A stretch of 64,000 bases of DNA from a virus. Lineage: Duplodnaviria > Caudoviricetes. This document shows, piece by piece, positions 28,519 through 36,783 of the stretch. Both the position numbers and the translations under genes were made by a program. The notes below the pieces were generated by a model that was given only the letters and a program-made list of their open reading frames with translations, was not told where the DNA came from and did no database searches. Location of the stretch: the IMG/VR virus record IMGVR_UViG_3300021957_000014, positions 22,213 to 86,212 of that record, one strand, 5' to 3'. Each line of letters opens with the position of its first letter. The stretch's first letter is position 1.

Positions 28519-28560
28519 CCTTTTTAATATGTATAGTCTCGGTCTACTGTAATTATTTAG

Positions 28561-29076
28561 TTAACAATTAATCTCGGGAAAGGCTTCTTTCACGATATTT
28601 GCTGTGATATTTGGGAATGCCCAAGTACCGTCTTTAACGAGGTCAAGCAGTTCTGCTTCTTCTTTAGGGATGCCTTCAAGAAGACCAATCCACATTGCCT
28701 CTCTCTTAGTTGCAGAGATTTGTTCCGTAACAAAATACTGGAACAACCTATGTTCAAATCTAAGTGATGTTTCTGTTAAATCAGAGCTAGGTGCTGAGTT
28801 CTCTCTGTAAGGTGTTTTGCCTTCGGGTAAGACGGTTGTAATATTCTCATCGAATTGCCACTGCAATACTTTCTTAACTCCACCGTTAGTTTCATTGAAT
28901 ACTTTCAATCCGTTAACTGCTTTTGCTGAATCAGTCTCAGCAACGATATTTGCTTGACATAGTATTTCATATACGTCTGCATTTTTCTGAAGCTTTACTC
29001 TTTCGGTAATCAACTTCATTTTAGGTTTATTGGGAGCTCCCTTCGGTCTTCCTCTTCCTCTTTTTTTCTCGGTCAT
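28561..29076 (-). CDS. Conserved T4-like hypothetical protein (RNase H-linked) with N-terminal AT-hook
   Basis: KKRGRGRPK, LPEG..PY and KRE.M.I.LLEG....EAELL..KD. Confidence 0.7.
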   Translation of the reverse strand: MTEKKRGRGRPKGAPNKPKMKLITERVKLQKNADVYEILCQANIVAETDSAKAVNGLKVFNETNGGVKKVLQWQFDENITTVLPEGKTPYRENSAPSSDLTETSLRFEHRLFQYFVTEQISATKREAMWIGLLEGIPKEEAELLDLVKDGTWAFPNITANIVKEAFPEINC

Positions 29077-29915
29077 AATGTAAAATCCTCTACATGGTTT
29101 AACAACTGGTCTAGTCGATGTGTTCTTAAATAATCAAAGACTTTACCCTTTACTGGTGCTGTCTTTTCAAACTCATCTAATATATTCTTTTCTATATCAG
29201 TTGGTATAAACTCTAAATCAATTAGAGTTTGGTTTCTTAAATAGTTACGATAGTATTTATCGTCACTCTCAATTGTAATTCTTAAGTACTTATCTTTGAC
29301 AGGCTTCCTTAAAGGTGTTTGTCTAATACCTAAGTCCAAGCAATCATCATTAGATAGAATGTTTGGAACTCCGTCTGACTTATCACCAGTAAGAATATGT
29401 TCTCTCAAAAATAAATCGGGGTCTTCAACTGTAATAAGTTTATTAAGGTTGGGACTCCATTGAGTTACGTACTTGTATTTATGGAGTTGCTGAAAGTCTT
29501 TATCTCCACTTACTATCATGACCTTCTCTCCGAAGGGTGCATGTTTAGTTAACACTGCAATGATATCATCAGCTTCACACTTCTCGACATACATATAACG
29601 GTATGGAAAGTTCTCTTTGATTTCCATCTTCACCTTATGAAGTGTATCAAATATTAATCCCCAGTCTTTGTTATCTGCTTCTCTAGACTTCTTACGATTT
29701 GCTTTGTACTGTGGGAAGTAGTCTCGTCTCCATGGATGTGATGCATCCGTACAAAGAGTAATCTCTCCATACTCTGCAGCGTACTTCCTTTGATATCCTC
29801 GAACTGAATTGAGAATCATGTGTCTTAACATGTCCTCACTTACTTCTCCGTTGTTCATTTTTAGTTGAACCATTAAACCAGCAATGATGGTTTGTGTAAA
29901 GTCTATTAGAATCAT
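29073..29915 (-). CDS. rnh: T4 RNase H / 5'-3' flap exonuclease
   Basis: MILIDF.Q, WRRDYFPQYKANRKK, EADDIIA, SGDKDF.QL, GDKSDGVPN, RN..LIDL. Confidence 0.95.
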   Translation of the reverse strand: MILIDFTQTIIAGLMVQLKMNNGEVSEDMLRHMILNSVRGYQRKYAAEYGEITLCTDASHPWRRDYFPQYKANRKKSREADNKDWGLIFDTLHKVKMEIKENFPYRYMYVEKCEADDIIAVLTKHAPFGEKVMIVSGDKDFQQLHKYKYVTQWSPNLNKLITVEDPDLFLREHILTGDKSDGVPNILSNDDCLDLGIRQTPLRKPVKDKYLRITIESDDKYYRNYLRNQTLIDLEFIPTDIEKNILDEFEKTAPVKGKVFDYLRTHRLDQLLNHVEDFTL

Positions 29916-30625
29916 TTTACCACTTTCAATAATAATGTATTTTTGGTAATCAAGTCGTTTCCGTCTTTCAACTTCGACCTAGGAATCTCATCCATAAATC
30001 CACGAGCAATAATATTACCACCTGTTACTAGTCTATCAAGCAACTTGTAATCTGTCAAGGTCTTTTCTTTACATGAGTCATACCCAGTAATTCTAGAACC
30101 TTTGACTGCAAGATGTCCACTGAAGTGTGTAAACTTTTTAGATGCAGTATTGTATGTGAACAAGTCTAATGCTCTTGGTATCTCTTCCTTGTCTATAGAC
30201 TTGTAACCTTCCCACTCTTCTAAGAACGGAAGCTTCCTTACCATTCTCTTAGGGGTCATAGGTCTGACCTTACGAACTGGTTTGTACTCGTCACAATACT
30301 TATCGATATCGGATTCGATACCCTCTAAGAATTTGATGTAGTTTTTCTTTTGTGTTTTAGTGAGAAAGTTAAAGGCCTCTTCTAATTGTTCACAACCTTC
30401 TTTGTTCTTAACTTCGAGTTGTGCTTGAAGTGTTTTACCTTTCATGAAGGTAATTACTTTAGAACTATAATCTAGTTGCTTAAGATATTTGTACATTGAG
30501 AAGGAGCTCTTCTTATCGTCCATAAAGGAATCGATTTGGAACTCAACTTCATCATAGGCATCGATTGCTTTCTCACGCATTCGGTCTTGGATATTTATTT
30601 TTTTGGGTTCAGTTTTCATAATCAT
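29912..30625 (-). CDS. Conserved T4-like hypothetical protein
   Basis: Start re-called 6 nt after the -10 box. NIQDRM, YNT..K, VKGS.I.GYD...KTL. Confidence 0.65.
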   Translation of the reverse strand: MIMKTEPKKINIQDRMREKAIDAYDEVEFQIDSFMDDKKSSFSMYKYLKQLDYSSKVITFMKGKTLQAQLEVKNKEGCEQLEEAFNFLTKTQKKNYIKFLEGIESDIDKYCDEYKPVRKVRPMTPKRMVRKLPFLEEWEGYKSIDKEEIPRALDLFTYNTASKKFTHFSGHLAVKGSRITGYDSCKEKTLTDYKLLDRLVTGGNIIARGFMDEIPRSKLKDGNDLITKNTLLLKVVK

Positions 30626-30631
30626 GTGAGC

Positions 30632-30661
30632 AGTATATAATAAAGCCAGGGGCGTTGTCAA
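30632..30661 (-). promoter_or_regulatory. Early promoter, 18-bp-spacer class
   Basis: TTGACA-N18-TATACT-N6-ATG. Confidence 0.75.
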
Positions 30662-30674
30662 GTTGATTTATAAA

Positions 30675-32057
30675 TTAACTATCATCCCTTTCATCACGTT
30701 TGTTTGTAATCATGAACTTACGTGCTGGGTTTATCATTAAGTTTGCACGTTGCATCAAGTCACGGTTCGCAAGAAACGGTATTGCACCTCTAGTATCTAA
30801 ACTAACTTCTTGTTCGTATATAGTGTTTAGGAAATTTAACTCAAGTTCTACGACTGGTCTGTCTTCAGCTGGTTTCAATAAAGTAACCATTCTCTTTAAT
30901 GGTTTCTTATACTTAACACCCTCTGTTGTCCATGTAACTATCTTACCCTTGACCTTTAAATCTTCTGCATGAAGTGAACAAGCTGAAACTGAATTACCTG
31001 TATCTAACTTCACTGTCATCTCTTGACCTTCAATCTCTATGGTTTCTAATACACCACACTCTGTTGGTGACTTCTTCCATATGTCTCGGTCTTTGTAAAT
31101 CTTAAGAACCATCTTAACAATGTCCTCACCGATAACACTAGAGATTCCTTCAGTGCCTGGCGAATGATTTACTTCCAATAGGTATGGTGGTTCGGTCTTT
31201 CTGTTTTTGCTAGGAATAAAGTCGACACCACACCATTGTCCGTTGACGGCTTTGCTAGCTCTTAGACAAATATCTTTTTCCATCTCTGTCAATGTAACTG
31301 ATTGTGCATCTGCACCTTGGGATACATTACTTCTGAAATCATCTGTAATTTTGTTTCGTCTCATTGCACCAACGATTTCTCTGTTGACAATGACTACACG
31401 TACATCGTAATCTGATTCGATATACTCTTGTAATAGAATATCACAGTAAGGGTCAATCTTATAAATCAAGCTGACCTGTGATTGTAATGAACGTTCTGTT
31501 TCGATTAATAGAACACCCACACCTTTAGAACCCTGTAATGTTTTAAGTATCATCGGGAAGTTATTATCTAATGCTTCGTGAGCTCTATCTACAGTCTCGG
31601 GTTCATCGTTTGGAATCAATACGGTACGTGGTTGGTTTAGACCTATCTCTTGCAGTCTCAGATACGTTCTAAACTTGTCTGAACAAACTTCGATACATTC
31701 CCTAGGGTTACACGTTGCAATGCCGTAGCGTTCAATCTGAGAGATTAAATCGAGGTAGGAATCTTTAGTGTTTACTGCACCACGAATCATAACTAATGTG
31801 TCTGCATCAATCTCGAATCCTTTCTCATCGTCTGCATTGTGAATAGTAATCTCACCACTATCCTCATCACGTTCTAAGTATGCACCATTGATACGCACGT
31901 TGTAAACATCCATGCCCATCTTCTCTGCAACACTAACTATCTTACCACTGGTAGATTTCTTTGATTGTTTCTTAGGACGTTCTGCAAGAACGACAAGGCG
32001 ATAGGGGTCGGACTTCTTAATGTCTTCTTCGACTATTAATTCTTGAAATGATTTCAT
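30675..32057 (-). CDS. rimK: RimK-family ATP-grasp ligase fused to a RimB-like (retropepsin-fold, DTG) protease
   Basis: DKFRTY, P.T, FPMILK...GSKGVGV, LLQEYI..DVRV, FRSNVSQG, GVDFI and LEVN.SPG. C-terminal KLDTGN....LHA..., RPVV and L.NR..M. Confidence 0.88.
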   Translation of the reverse strand: MKSFQELIVEEDIKKSDPYRLVVLAERPKKQSKKSTSGKIVSVAEKMGMDVYNVRINGAYLERDEDSGEITIHNADDEKGFEIDADTLVMIRGAVNTKDSYLDLISQIERYGIATCNPRECIEVCSDKFRTYLRLQEIGLNQPRTVLIPNDEPETVDRAHEALDNNFPMILKTLQGSKGVGVLLIETERSLQSQVSLIYKIDPYCDILLQEYIESDYDVRVVIVNREIVGAMRRNKITDDFRSNVSQGADAQSVTLTEMEKDICLRASKAVNGQWCGVDFIPSKNRKTEPPYLLEVNHSPGTEGISSVIGEDIVKMVLKIYKDRDIWKKSPTECGVLETIEIEGQEMTVKLDTGNSVSACSLHAEDLKVKGKIVTWTTEGVKYKKPLKRMVTLLKPAEDRPVVELELNFLNTIYEQEVSLDTRGAIPFLANRDLMQRANLMINPARKFMITNKRDERDDS

Positions 32058-32434
32058 TTCTTTAATCCCACCTGTATGGCTTGTTCTTCTAATGGGGTTA
32101 ATGGTTTCTTATGCAACTCTACAAAGTATTCTGCATCCACCAACACCAATGGTTTACTTCTATTTCTTTTAATCACAACAATGGGTTCGTACTTACCACA
32201 ATTGCTTTCTGCTTGTGTATATGCATTCCACACGTTAACTGCTTCTTGGTTCTTGCACTCTACACTGTATGGAAATAATCTTCGGGACTCTGTACCTAGG
32301 ATGATGTCCTCGCCTTGAGAACCCATAGGTCTTGATTCAGAATCTTCGGGGTCTAAGTCTAACTTCTCTACAAGTAAGTCCCTAAACCACTGTTGTAGTT
32401 TACGACCTTTAGCTTTTGCTGATGATGTCTTCAT
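32054..32434 (-). CDS. Holliday-junction-resolvase-like PD-(D/E)XK endonuclease
   Basis: SAKAKGR.LQQW, SRPMG..GEDI, SVECKNQE, P.VVIKRNR. Confidence 0.7.
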   Translation of the reverse strand: MKTSSAKAKGRKLQQWFRDLLVEKLDLDPEDSESRPMGSQGEDIILGTESRRLFPYSVECKNQEAVNVWNAYTQAESNCGKYEPIVVIKRNRSKPLVLVDAEYFVELHKKPLTPLEEQAIQVGLKK

Positions 32435-32735
32435 TAAATTTTATACTCACTCCACAACCACAACTGGCTTCTTCATTTGGATTCTGAAACGTAAATGTTT
32501 CATTCAATCCTTGTTTCTCATAATCTAGTGTCATTCCATTTAAAAAAGGTTGACTCATTGTATCTATTAAAAATTTAAAGTTACCGTAATCTAATTCTAA
32601 ATCACCGTCTCTGAATTCATCTTCTACAAAAACATATTCATAACCACTGCAACCACCACCAGTAACACCCATTCTAACTGAGTCTACTTTCTTCTCTATA
32701 AGCTTTGCAATTGCAATGTCTGTGACTTCTATCAT
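32409..32735 (-). CDS. iscA: HesB/IscA-family Fe-S cluster carrier
   Basis: GGGCSG.EY, LDY, F.NPN...SCGCG.S. Confidence 0.93.
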   Translation of the reverse strand: MIEVTDIAIAKLIEKKVDSVRMGVTGGGCSGYEYVFVEDEFRDGDLELDYGNFKFLIDTMSQPFLNGMTLDYEKQGLNETFTFQNPNEEASCGCGVSIKFNEDIISKS

Positions 32736-32741
32736 AAGAAG

Positions 32742-32749
32742 TATTTATA
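32742..32749 (-). promoter_or_regulatory. Late promoter TATAAATA heading iscA-endonuclease-rimK
   Basis: Exact consensus 6 nt before the iscA ATG. Confidence 0.8.
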
Positions 32750-33395
32750 CTTCTGACTCCCACACACCATCTTGTTCTGCATCATTTTTTAAATCTTTTG
32801 ATTTCTTAGGTCGAATTAATTCGTATGGAATACCATCTGGCTGGTCTTCGGGTACGTAAAGGAATCCAATGTCGGAACGATTACATGTGTCGACTGCATC
32901 AAAGATTGTTTCCACTAGAGCTTCTCCACCTAAATTAAATGAAGTATTAAATATAATGGGGGTGCCATTCTTTTCACCCAAGGCTTTAATTAAATTGTAA
33001 TAATTTTTATTCTGCTCTTGAGTAACAGTTTGAATACGACATGTTCCGTCTGCATGAACGATAGCAGGAATCTCTTTGTATGCTTTCTCTTTGCATTGAA
33101 TTGCAAACGACATATAAGGTGACTCTTCTAACTGCAACATCTCAAAATATTCATGTGCATGTTCTTTTAATACAGTACCAGCAAACGGTCTATAATATTC
33201 TCTCTTCTTAATTGTATTTACAATTTGCTTTGCATCGGGATTAGTAGGGTCAAATAAAATACTACGATTACCTAATGCACGTGGGCCCCATTCAGAACTA
33301 CCTTGGAACATTGCAACAACTTGTTTCTCTTCAACCAGTAATCTAATTACTTCGTCTTGGTCTCTAATGATTTCTAATATTCTATTCTTACTCAC
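32745..33395 (-). CDS. Carbamoyltransferase (CmcH/NodU) C-terminal domain, stand-alone
   Basis: FQG.SEWGPRALGNRSIL, KKREYYRPFA, SPYM, H.DGTCRIQTV, NTSFNL.GE. GTG start re-called at 33395 behind GAGG. Confidence 0.9.
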   Translation of the reverse strand: MSKNRILEIIRDQDEVIRLLVEEKQVVAMFQGSSEWGPRALGNRSILFDPTNPDAKQIVNTIKKREYYRPFAGTVLKEHAHEYFEMLQLEESPYMSFAIQCKEKAYKEIPAIVHADGTCRIQTVTQEQNKNYYNLIKALGEKNGTPIIFNTSFNLGGEALVETIFDAVDTCNRSDIGFLYVPEDQPDGIPYELIRPKKSKDLKNDAEQDGVWESEV

Positions 33396-34656
33396 TGTCT
33401 GTTTCCTCTGTTGTTGCTTCTTCCTTGTATGGATGGACTGGTGCTTCTGCACTATCTAAGACTCCTTCCTTTACTGGTTCGAAGTATTCGTTTTCTAAAT
33501 GATAATGTAACCAAAATGCAGCTCCAACTGCAGTACCACCATCATGGGGTACAGGGTCAACGAATATATTTAATTCGGGAAACTCTTGTAGGTATCTGTA
33601 ATTGTTTGTACAGTTTAATGAGAAGCCACCACTGAGAACTAAGTTCTTACAGTCGGGATTTAATTCTACTGCACGTCTGATAACATTACATGCATTCTTA
33701 AATGATTCTTCCTCACACATCTGTGCAACGATATGTCTATCAAACCTATCGGGTCTGTCTTCGTATAGTCTTCCGTATGATGCCATACCCATGACTTTAC
33801 CCGCTGCACGTCCATGAATGTCTGCACCGAAGGCATAACTCATGTTACTGAAGTTCATACCGCTAGAAGGGAAGCTAGTGAACGTAACAGGCAGTCCATC
33901 AATCTCTGTCTCTAAGTCTGTGAGACAATGAGCTGAGTCGTAGTACATGTTAGGAAAGAACGTATTGGATACGTCACCTAACATACGGTGATTAGACATC
34001 TTCTTCCACTGGGGAACAATAGTCTTAGTGTCAAAGTCACACTTCCAAATAGATTCAATCTCTTGATAGTTCGGATGTGTTTCATGATAACACTTAGCAC
34101 CACCACCATCCCATGCAATAGCCATTGCATCCTCACCCTTGTCAAAGAAAGGACTGAGATAATATCCACTGTATGCATGATACATGTGATGTTCTGTGTC
34201 AAAGTGATACTGGTCTACATCAAAGAACTGTTTACACATCTCATCATGAATGGTTTCATCCATTTCTTCGTGCCAGTCTTGTTTGAGTCCCACTTTGGGA
34301 TAGGCTTTAATTAATTCTTGGATTCTTGCTTCGGTTAATTGTTCCTTTGCAAGTTCATCTGCAAACTCTTGTGCAATGAGACGATTATCCATAAGATAAT
34401 CTAAGTCCATTTCAAGTTTCATGTCACGTCTATCGAACGATGCAAAGATTAACTCTCCCTTTACATTGCCTTCATCGTCTACCAATGAGTCTGCAAGACC
34501 TTTAGAGTCGATTACATGTAGGTGGGGGGACTCTAAAGTCGGTGAATAATACTTATCACGTCTTTCTCTTTCTTCTTCGAAGAGTTCTACGACTTCTCCG
34601 TCTTCCATAATACATAAACTGGTATCATGGCTGGAATTAATTCCAATTATTCTCAT
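33388..34656 (-). CDS. Carbamoyltransferase (CmcH/NodU) N-terminal Kae1-like domain, stand-alone
   Basis: IIGIN.SHDTS, EEER..R.K, HH..HA, WDGGG, GKVMGMASYG, SGG..LNC..N, P.P.DGGTAVGA. Confidence 0.9.
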   Translation of the reverse strand: MRIIGINSSHDTSLCIMEDGEVVELFEEERERRDKYYSPTLESPHLHVIDSKGLADSLVDDEGNVKGELIFASFDRRDMKLEMDLDYLMDNRLIAQEFADELAKEQLTEARIQELIKAYPKVGLKQDWHEEMDETIHDEMCKQFFDVDQYHFDTEHHMYHAYSGYYLSPFFDKGEDAMAIAWDGGGAKCYHETHPNYQEIESIWKCDFDTKTIVPQWKKMSNHRMLGDVSNTFFPNMYYDSAHCLTDLETEIDGLPVTFTSFPSSGMNFSNMSYAFGADIHGRAAGKVMGMASYGRLYEDRPDRFDRHIVAQMCEEESFKNACNVIRRAVELNPDCKNLVLSGGFSLNCTNNYRYLQEFPELNIFVDPVPHDGGTAVGAAFWLHYHLENEYFEPVKEGVLDSAEAPVHPYKEEATTEETDSE

Positions 34657-34677
34657 AATATATCCTTGGTGTTGTTT

Positions 34678-34851
34678 CTACTTTTCTTTTAATCGTTCGT
34701 AGAAGGTTATTATTTGCTGTGGGTCGACAATATTGTCGTCCATGAGCGTTTGAAGTAGTTCTGCATGTCCATGTTTGACACCACTACGGTGTACGAAATA
34801 GACTAGTGCTAGGATAAATCCTAAATGAATCAATATTAATTCTATACTCAT
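34678..34851 (-). CDS. Small single-TM protein (57 aa)
   Basis: Below the track cut-off. SD AAGGAG. Translation MSIELILIHLGFILALVYFVHRSG... Confidence 0.6.
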   Translation of the reverse strand: MSIELILIHLGFILALVYFVHRSGVKHGHAELLQTLMDDNIVDPQQIITFYERLKEK

Positions 34852-34976
34852 GGTTTTATTTATCTCCTTAAAATTTAAAGTATTTTTTGATTAAATAATC
34901 AATGTAAAATACGAGACCAACCCATGCAACACCGCTACCGACAAATGCAATGACATAAAACGGTAACAAATACCAA

Positions 34977-35144
34977 TCAAAGATACTCATTATCGAGAAA
35001 CTCCCTTATTTTTGTAAGATTATAGTACAATGAAGAGTAGACTCGGGTACTATTCGGTGTCTCCACAATAAAACGTGGAATGCCAGCGGGTGAACGGTCT
35101 TGAAATATCCTACAACCTAGGTAGGATTCTAATAATAGTCTCAT
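34977..35144 (-). CDS. Hypothetical protein
   Basis: Start re-called at MRLLLE. Part of a coupled small-ORF run. Confidence 0.5.
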   Translation of the reverse strand: MRLLLESYLGCRIFQDRSPAGIPRFIVETPNSTRVYSSLYYNLTKIREFLDNEYL

Positions 35145-35145
35145 G

Positions 35146-35334
35146 TTATACTTCCTCATCGATGATTGAACCCTTGGATGGTACGTCTGCACCAATTTCA
35201 TTTATATAGGGGACTTTATTTTGATTATACATTGCTTCATGTTCTTTATTCATTCTATCTGCTGTTCGTTGCATACTTTCTTCCAACATTTTTTCGAAAT
35301 GTTTATCTAATTTTGCAAGTATCCAACTGAACAT
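35146..35334 (-). CDS. Hypothetical protein
   Basis: SD GGAG. Coupled. Confidence 0.55.
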   Translation of the reverse strand: MFSWILAKLDKHFEKMLEESMQRTADRMNKEHEAMYNQNKVPYINEIGADVPSKGSIIDEEV

Positions 35335-35336
35335 GA

Positions 35337-35639
35337 TTATCTCCCTATGTGTTTCACCTCTGAACGTGGTATCACTTGGTAGGCACCCTTATTATAAGAC
35401 GGTGCAATGGTATACTCGGACGAGATACGTTGTCGTTCTTCTTTACTTAGGGTATTTAGAGTCTTAGGACTGTCCACACCACACGCCGACGGATAGTATA
35501 CACTCTCACGCACGTAAGGAGCTACCGTTTTCACACTCGTCTCCCAATTATAATCCTTAGCGGTCTTAGTACGAACCTTCCAAGCATTCGTCTTACGTTT
35601 CTTACCACTAAAAGAGTGTGTCATAGAACCCTGTCTCAT
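35337..35639 (-). CDS. Conserved T4-like hypothetical protein (AP.YNKG.YQ family)
   Basis: YTIAPSYNKGAYQVI motif. Confidence 0.7.
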   Translation of the reverse strand: MRQGSMTHSFSGKKRKTNAWKVRTKTAKDYNWETSVKTVAPYVRESVYYPSACGVDSPKTLNTLSKEERQRISSEYTIAPSYNKGAYQVIPRSEVKHIGR

Positions 35640-35640
35640 A

Positions 35641-35943
35641 TTATTTCCCCTGTACACACATAGTGTACTGTTCTAGAGTGCCTGGTCTTATTAACCACTC
35701 ACACCTCTGAGTATTCTGTTTGTAATCTTTAGGTTTATGGTAGGGTGATACCAAGTCTTTATGCAATGTATCTAATATTATTATAGAGTCTTTGATATCT
35801 TTAGGTTTCGAAACGTCTTCGAGTATCTTCACACTACGTTCTAAACGTTTAAGGTCTTCCACAGCATCCAATACATCCCAAAAGTCTGCATAAGAATGGG
35901 TAGGTATCAGTAGCAATGTAAGTATTAATAATTTGTATTTCAT
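35641..35943 (-). CDS. Hypothetical secreted protein
   Basis: Signal peptide MKYKLLILTLLLIPTHSYA. ATG lies 6 nt after TATAAT (35950-35955). Confidence 0.6.
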   Translation of the reverse strand: MKYKLLILTLLLIPTHSYADFWDVLDAVEDLKRLERSVKILEDVSKPKDIKDSIIILDTLHKDLVSPYHKPKDYKQNTQRCEWLIRPGTLEQYTMCVQGK

Positions 35944-36054
35944 AAGTCTATTATACCATAAAACTGGGGGGATGGGAATACGGTTTCACGCATGTCGTGT
36001 AAGTATTTGTGGACTTGGTGATGTTCGATTCCCTGTCCCCTTCCCGAGTGAGTG

Positions 36055-36285
36055 CTATGATGCACCACCCCTATTATAAAAATGTCTACGTATGATATAC
36101 ACACGTGTGTATGCAACGACTGTCATCCATGCAGTGATAGTAGTACCTATCTGCAGTGGGGAAGTCATTTCTAGTCTCTCTATGCATATGTATAACCCAA
36201 ATAGATTCAGTGGGTAATTAATTAACAAGCCAGTGAAGACTGTAGTAAATGTTTCTTTGTGTATTCTTCGTGATTTCTCTGACAT
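36055..36285 (-). CDS. Small two-TM membrane protein
   Basis: Start re-called at MSEKSR. E....V..G.LIN....R.Y..RR.F pattern. Confidence 0.55.
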   Translation of the reverse strand: MSEKSRRIHKETFTTVFTGLLINYPLNLFGLYICIERLEMTSPLQIGTTITAWMTVVAYTRVYIIRRHFYNRGGAS

Positions 36286-36417
36286 ATAAAAAGGTCTTAA
36301 GGTTAAAAATTTACCCGAAAAAAAAATTCTCGGTAGTAGTATAGAATGCTTCACAGAGCTATAGAGGTAGGGGGTTGAGTTGCTGCCCAGATACCCTAGG
36401 AGTCCCACAGCACTGTT

Positions 36418-36591
36418 CTAAGAGGCTTTCCGTAGTTCGACTACGTGTTTGTACTCCTCTAACTCTGCACACAGTCTGAGCGCCTCTGAGAGACTCACAG
36501 GTTTCACCGTACGCTTAAGCAGTTCATGTGACCCATCTATGTTGGTCACCTTCGTATCTATACTGTATACATCTACAGTATTCCATTGCAT
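36418..36591 (-). CDS. Small early protein (57 aa)
   Basis: Below the track cut-off. SD GGAG directly after the promoter at 36605-36633. Begins MQWNTVDVYSIDTK. Confidence 0.55.
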   Translation of the reverse strand: MQWNTVDVYSIDTKVTNIDGSHELLKRTVKPVSLSEALRLCAELEEYKHVVELRKAS

Positions 36592-36604
36592 AGGTTAACT
36601 CTCC

Positions 36605-36633
36605 ATTATAACATACTTTGATGCTCTTGTCAA
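36605..36633 (-). promoter_or_regulatory. Consensus sigma70 promoter
   Basis: TTGACA-N17-TATAAT with an extended TG. Confidence 0.85.
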
Positions 36634-36778
36634 GGCCCTCGTAAACCCTTATATAGCAGGGCCTAGAGGGGTGGCGCTTCTCATCGCCACGCGTGCTTTC
36701 GGTAACAACCCACTGAGACTTAACTCATAGCAATCCACGGTACAATTCTCAGTTCAACTCCCGTACATATAAAGTATA
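36634..36778 (-). ncRNA. Putative small structured RNA with its own promoter
   Basis: No convincing ORF. Stems at 36712-18/36747-53, 36671-76/36685-90 and 36634-39/36658-63. Promoter at 36784-36812. Confidence 0.45.
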
Positions 36779-36783
36779 CACCT

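Noticed and set aside
32054-32434. Possible homing endonuclease or mobile element
   Set aside because: No HNH, GIY-YIG or LAGLIDADG motif. It resembles a short resolvase-like nuclease, and no flanking repeats were seen.
36005-36055. GTTCGATTCCC T-loop-like word suggesting a tRNA
   Set aside because: No matching T-stem, D-arm, anticodon arm or acceptor stem around it.
36690-36755. Possible hammerhead ribozyme (CTGA...GAAA)
   Set aside because: The core reads CTGAGAA, not CTGANGA, and the CTGAG is tied up in a stem. The required three-way junction could not be drawn.
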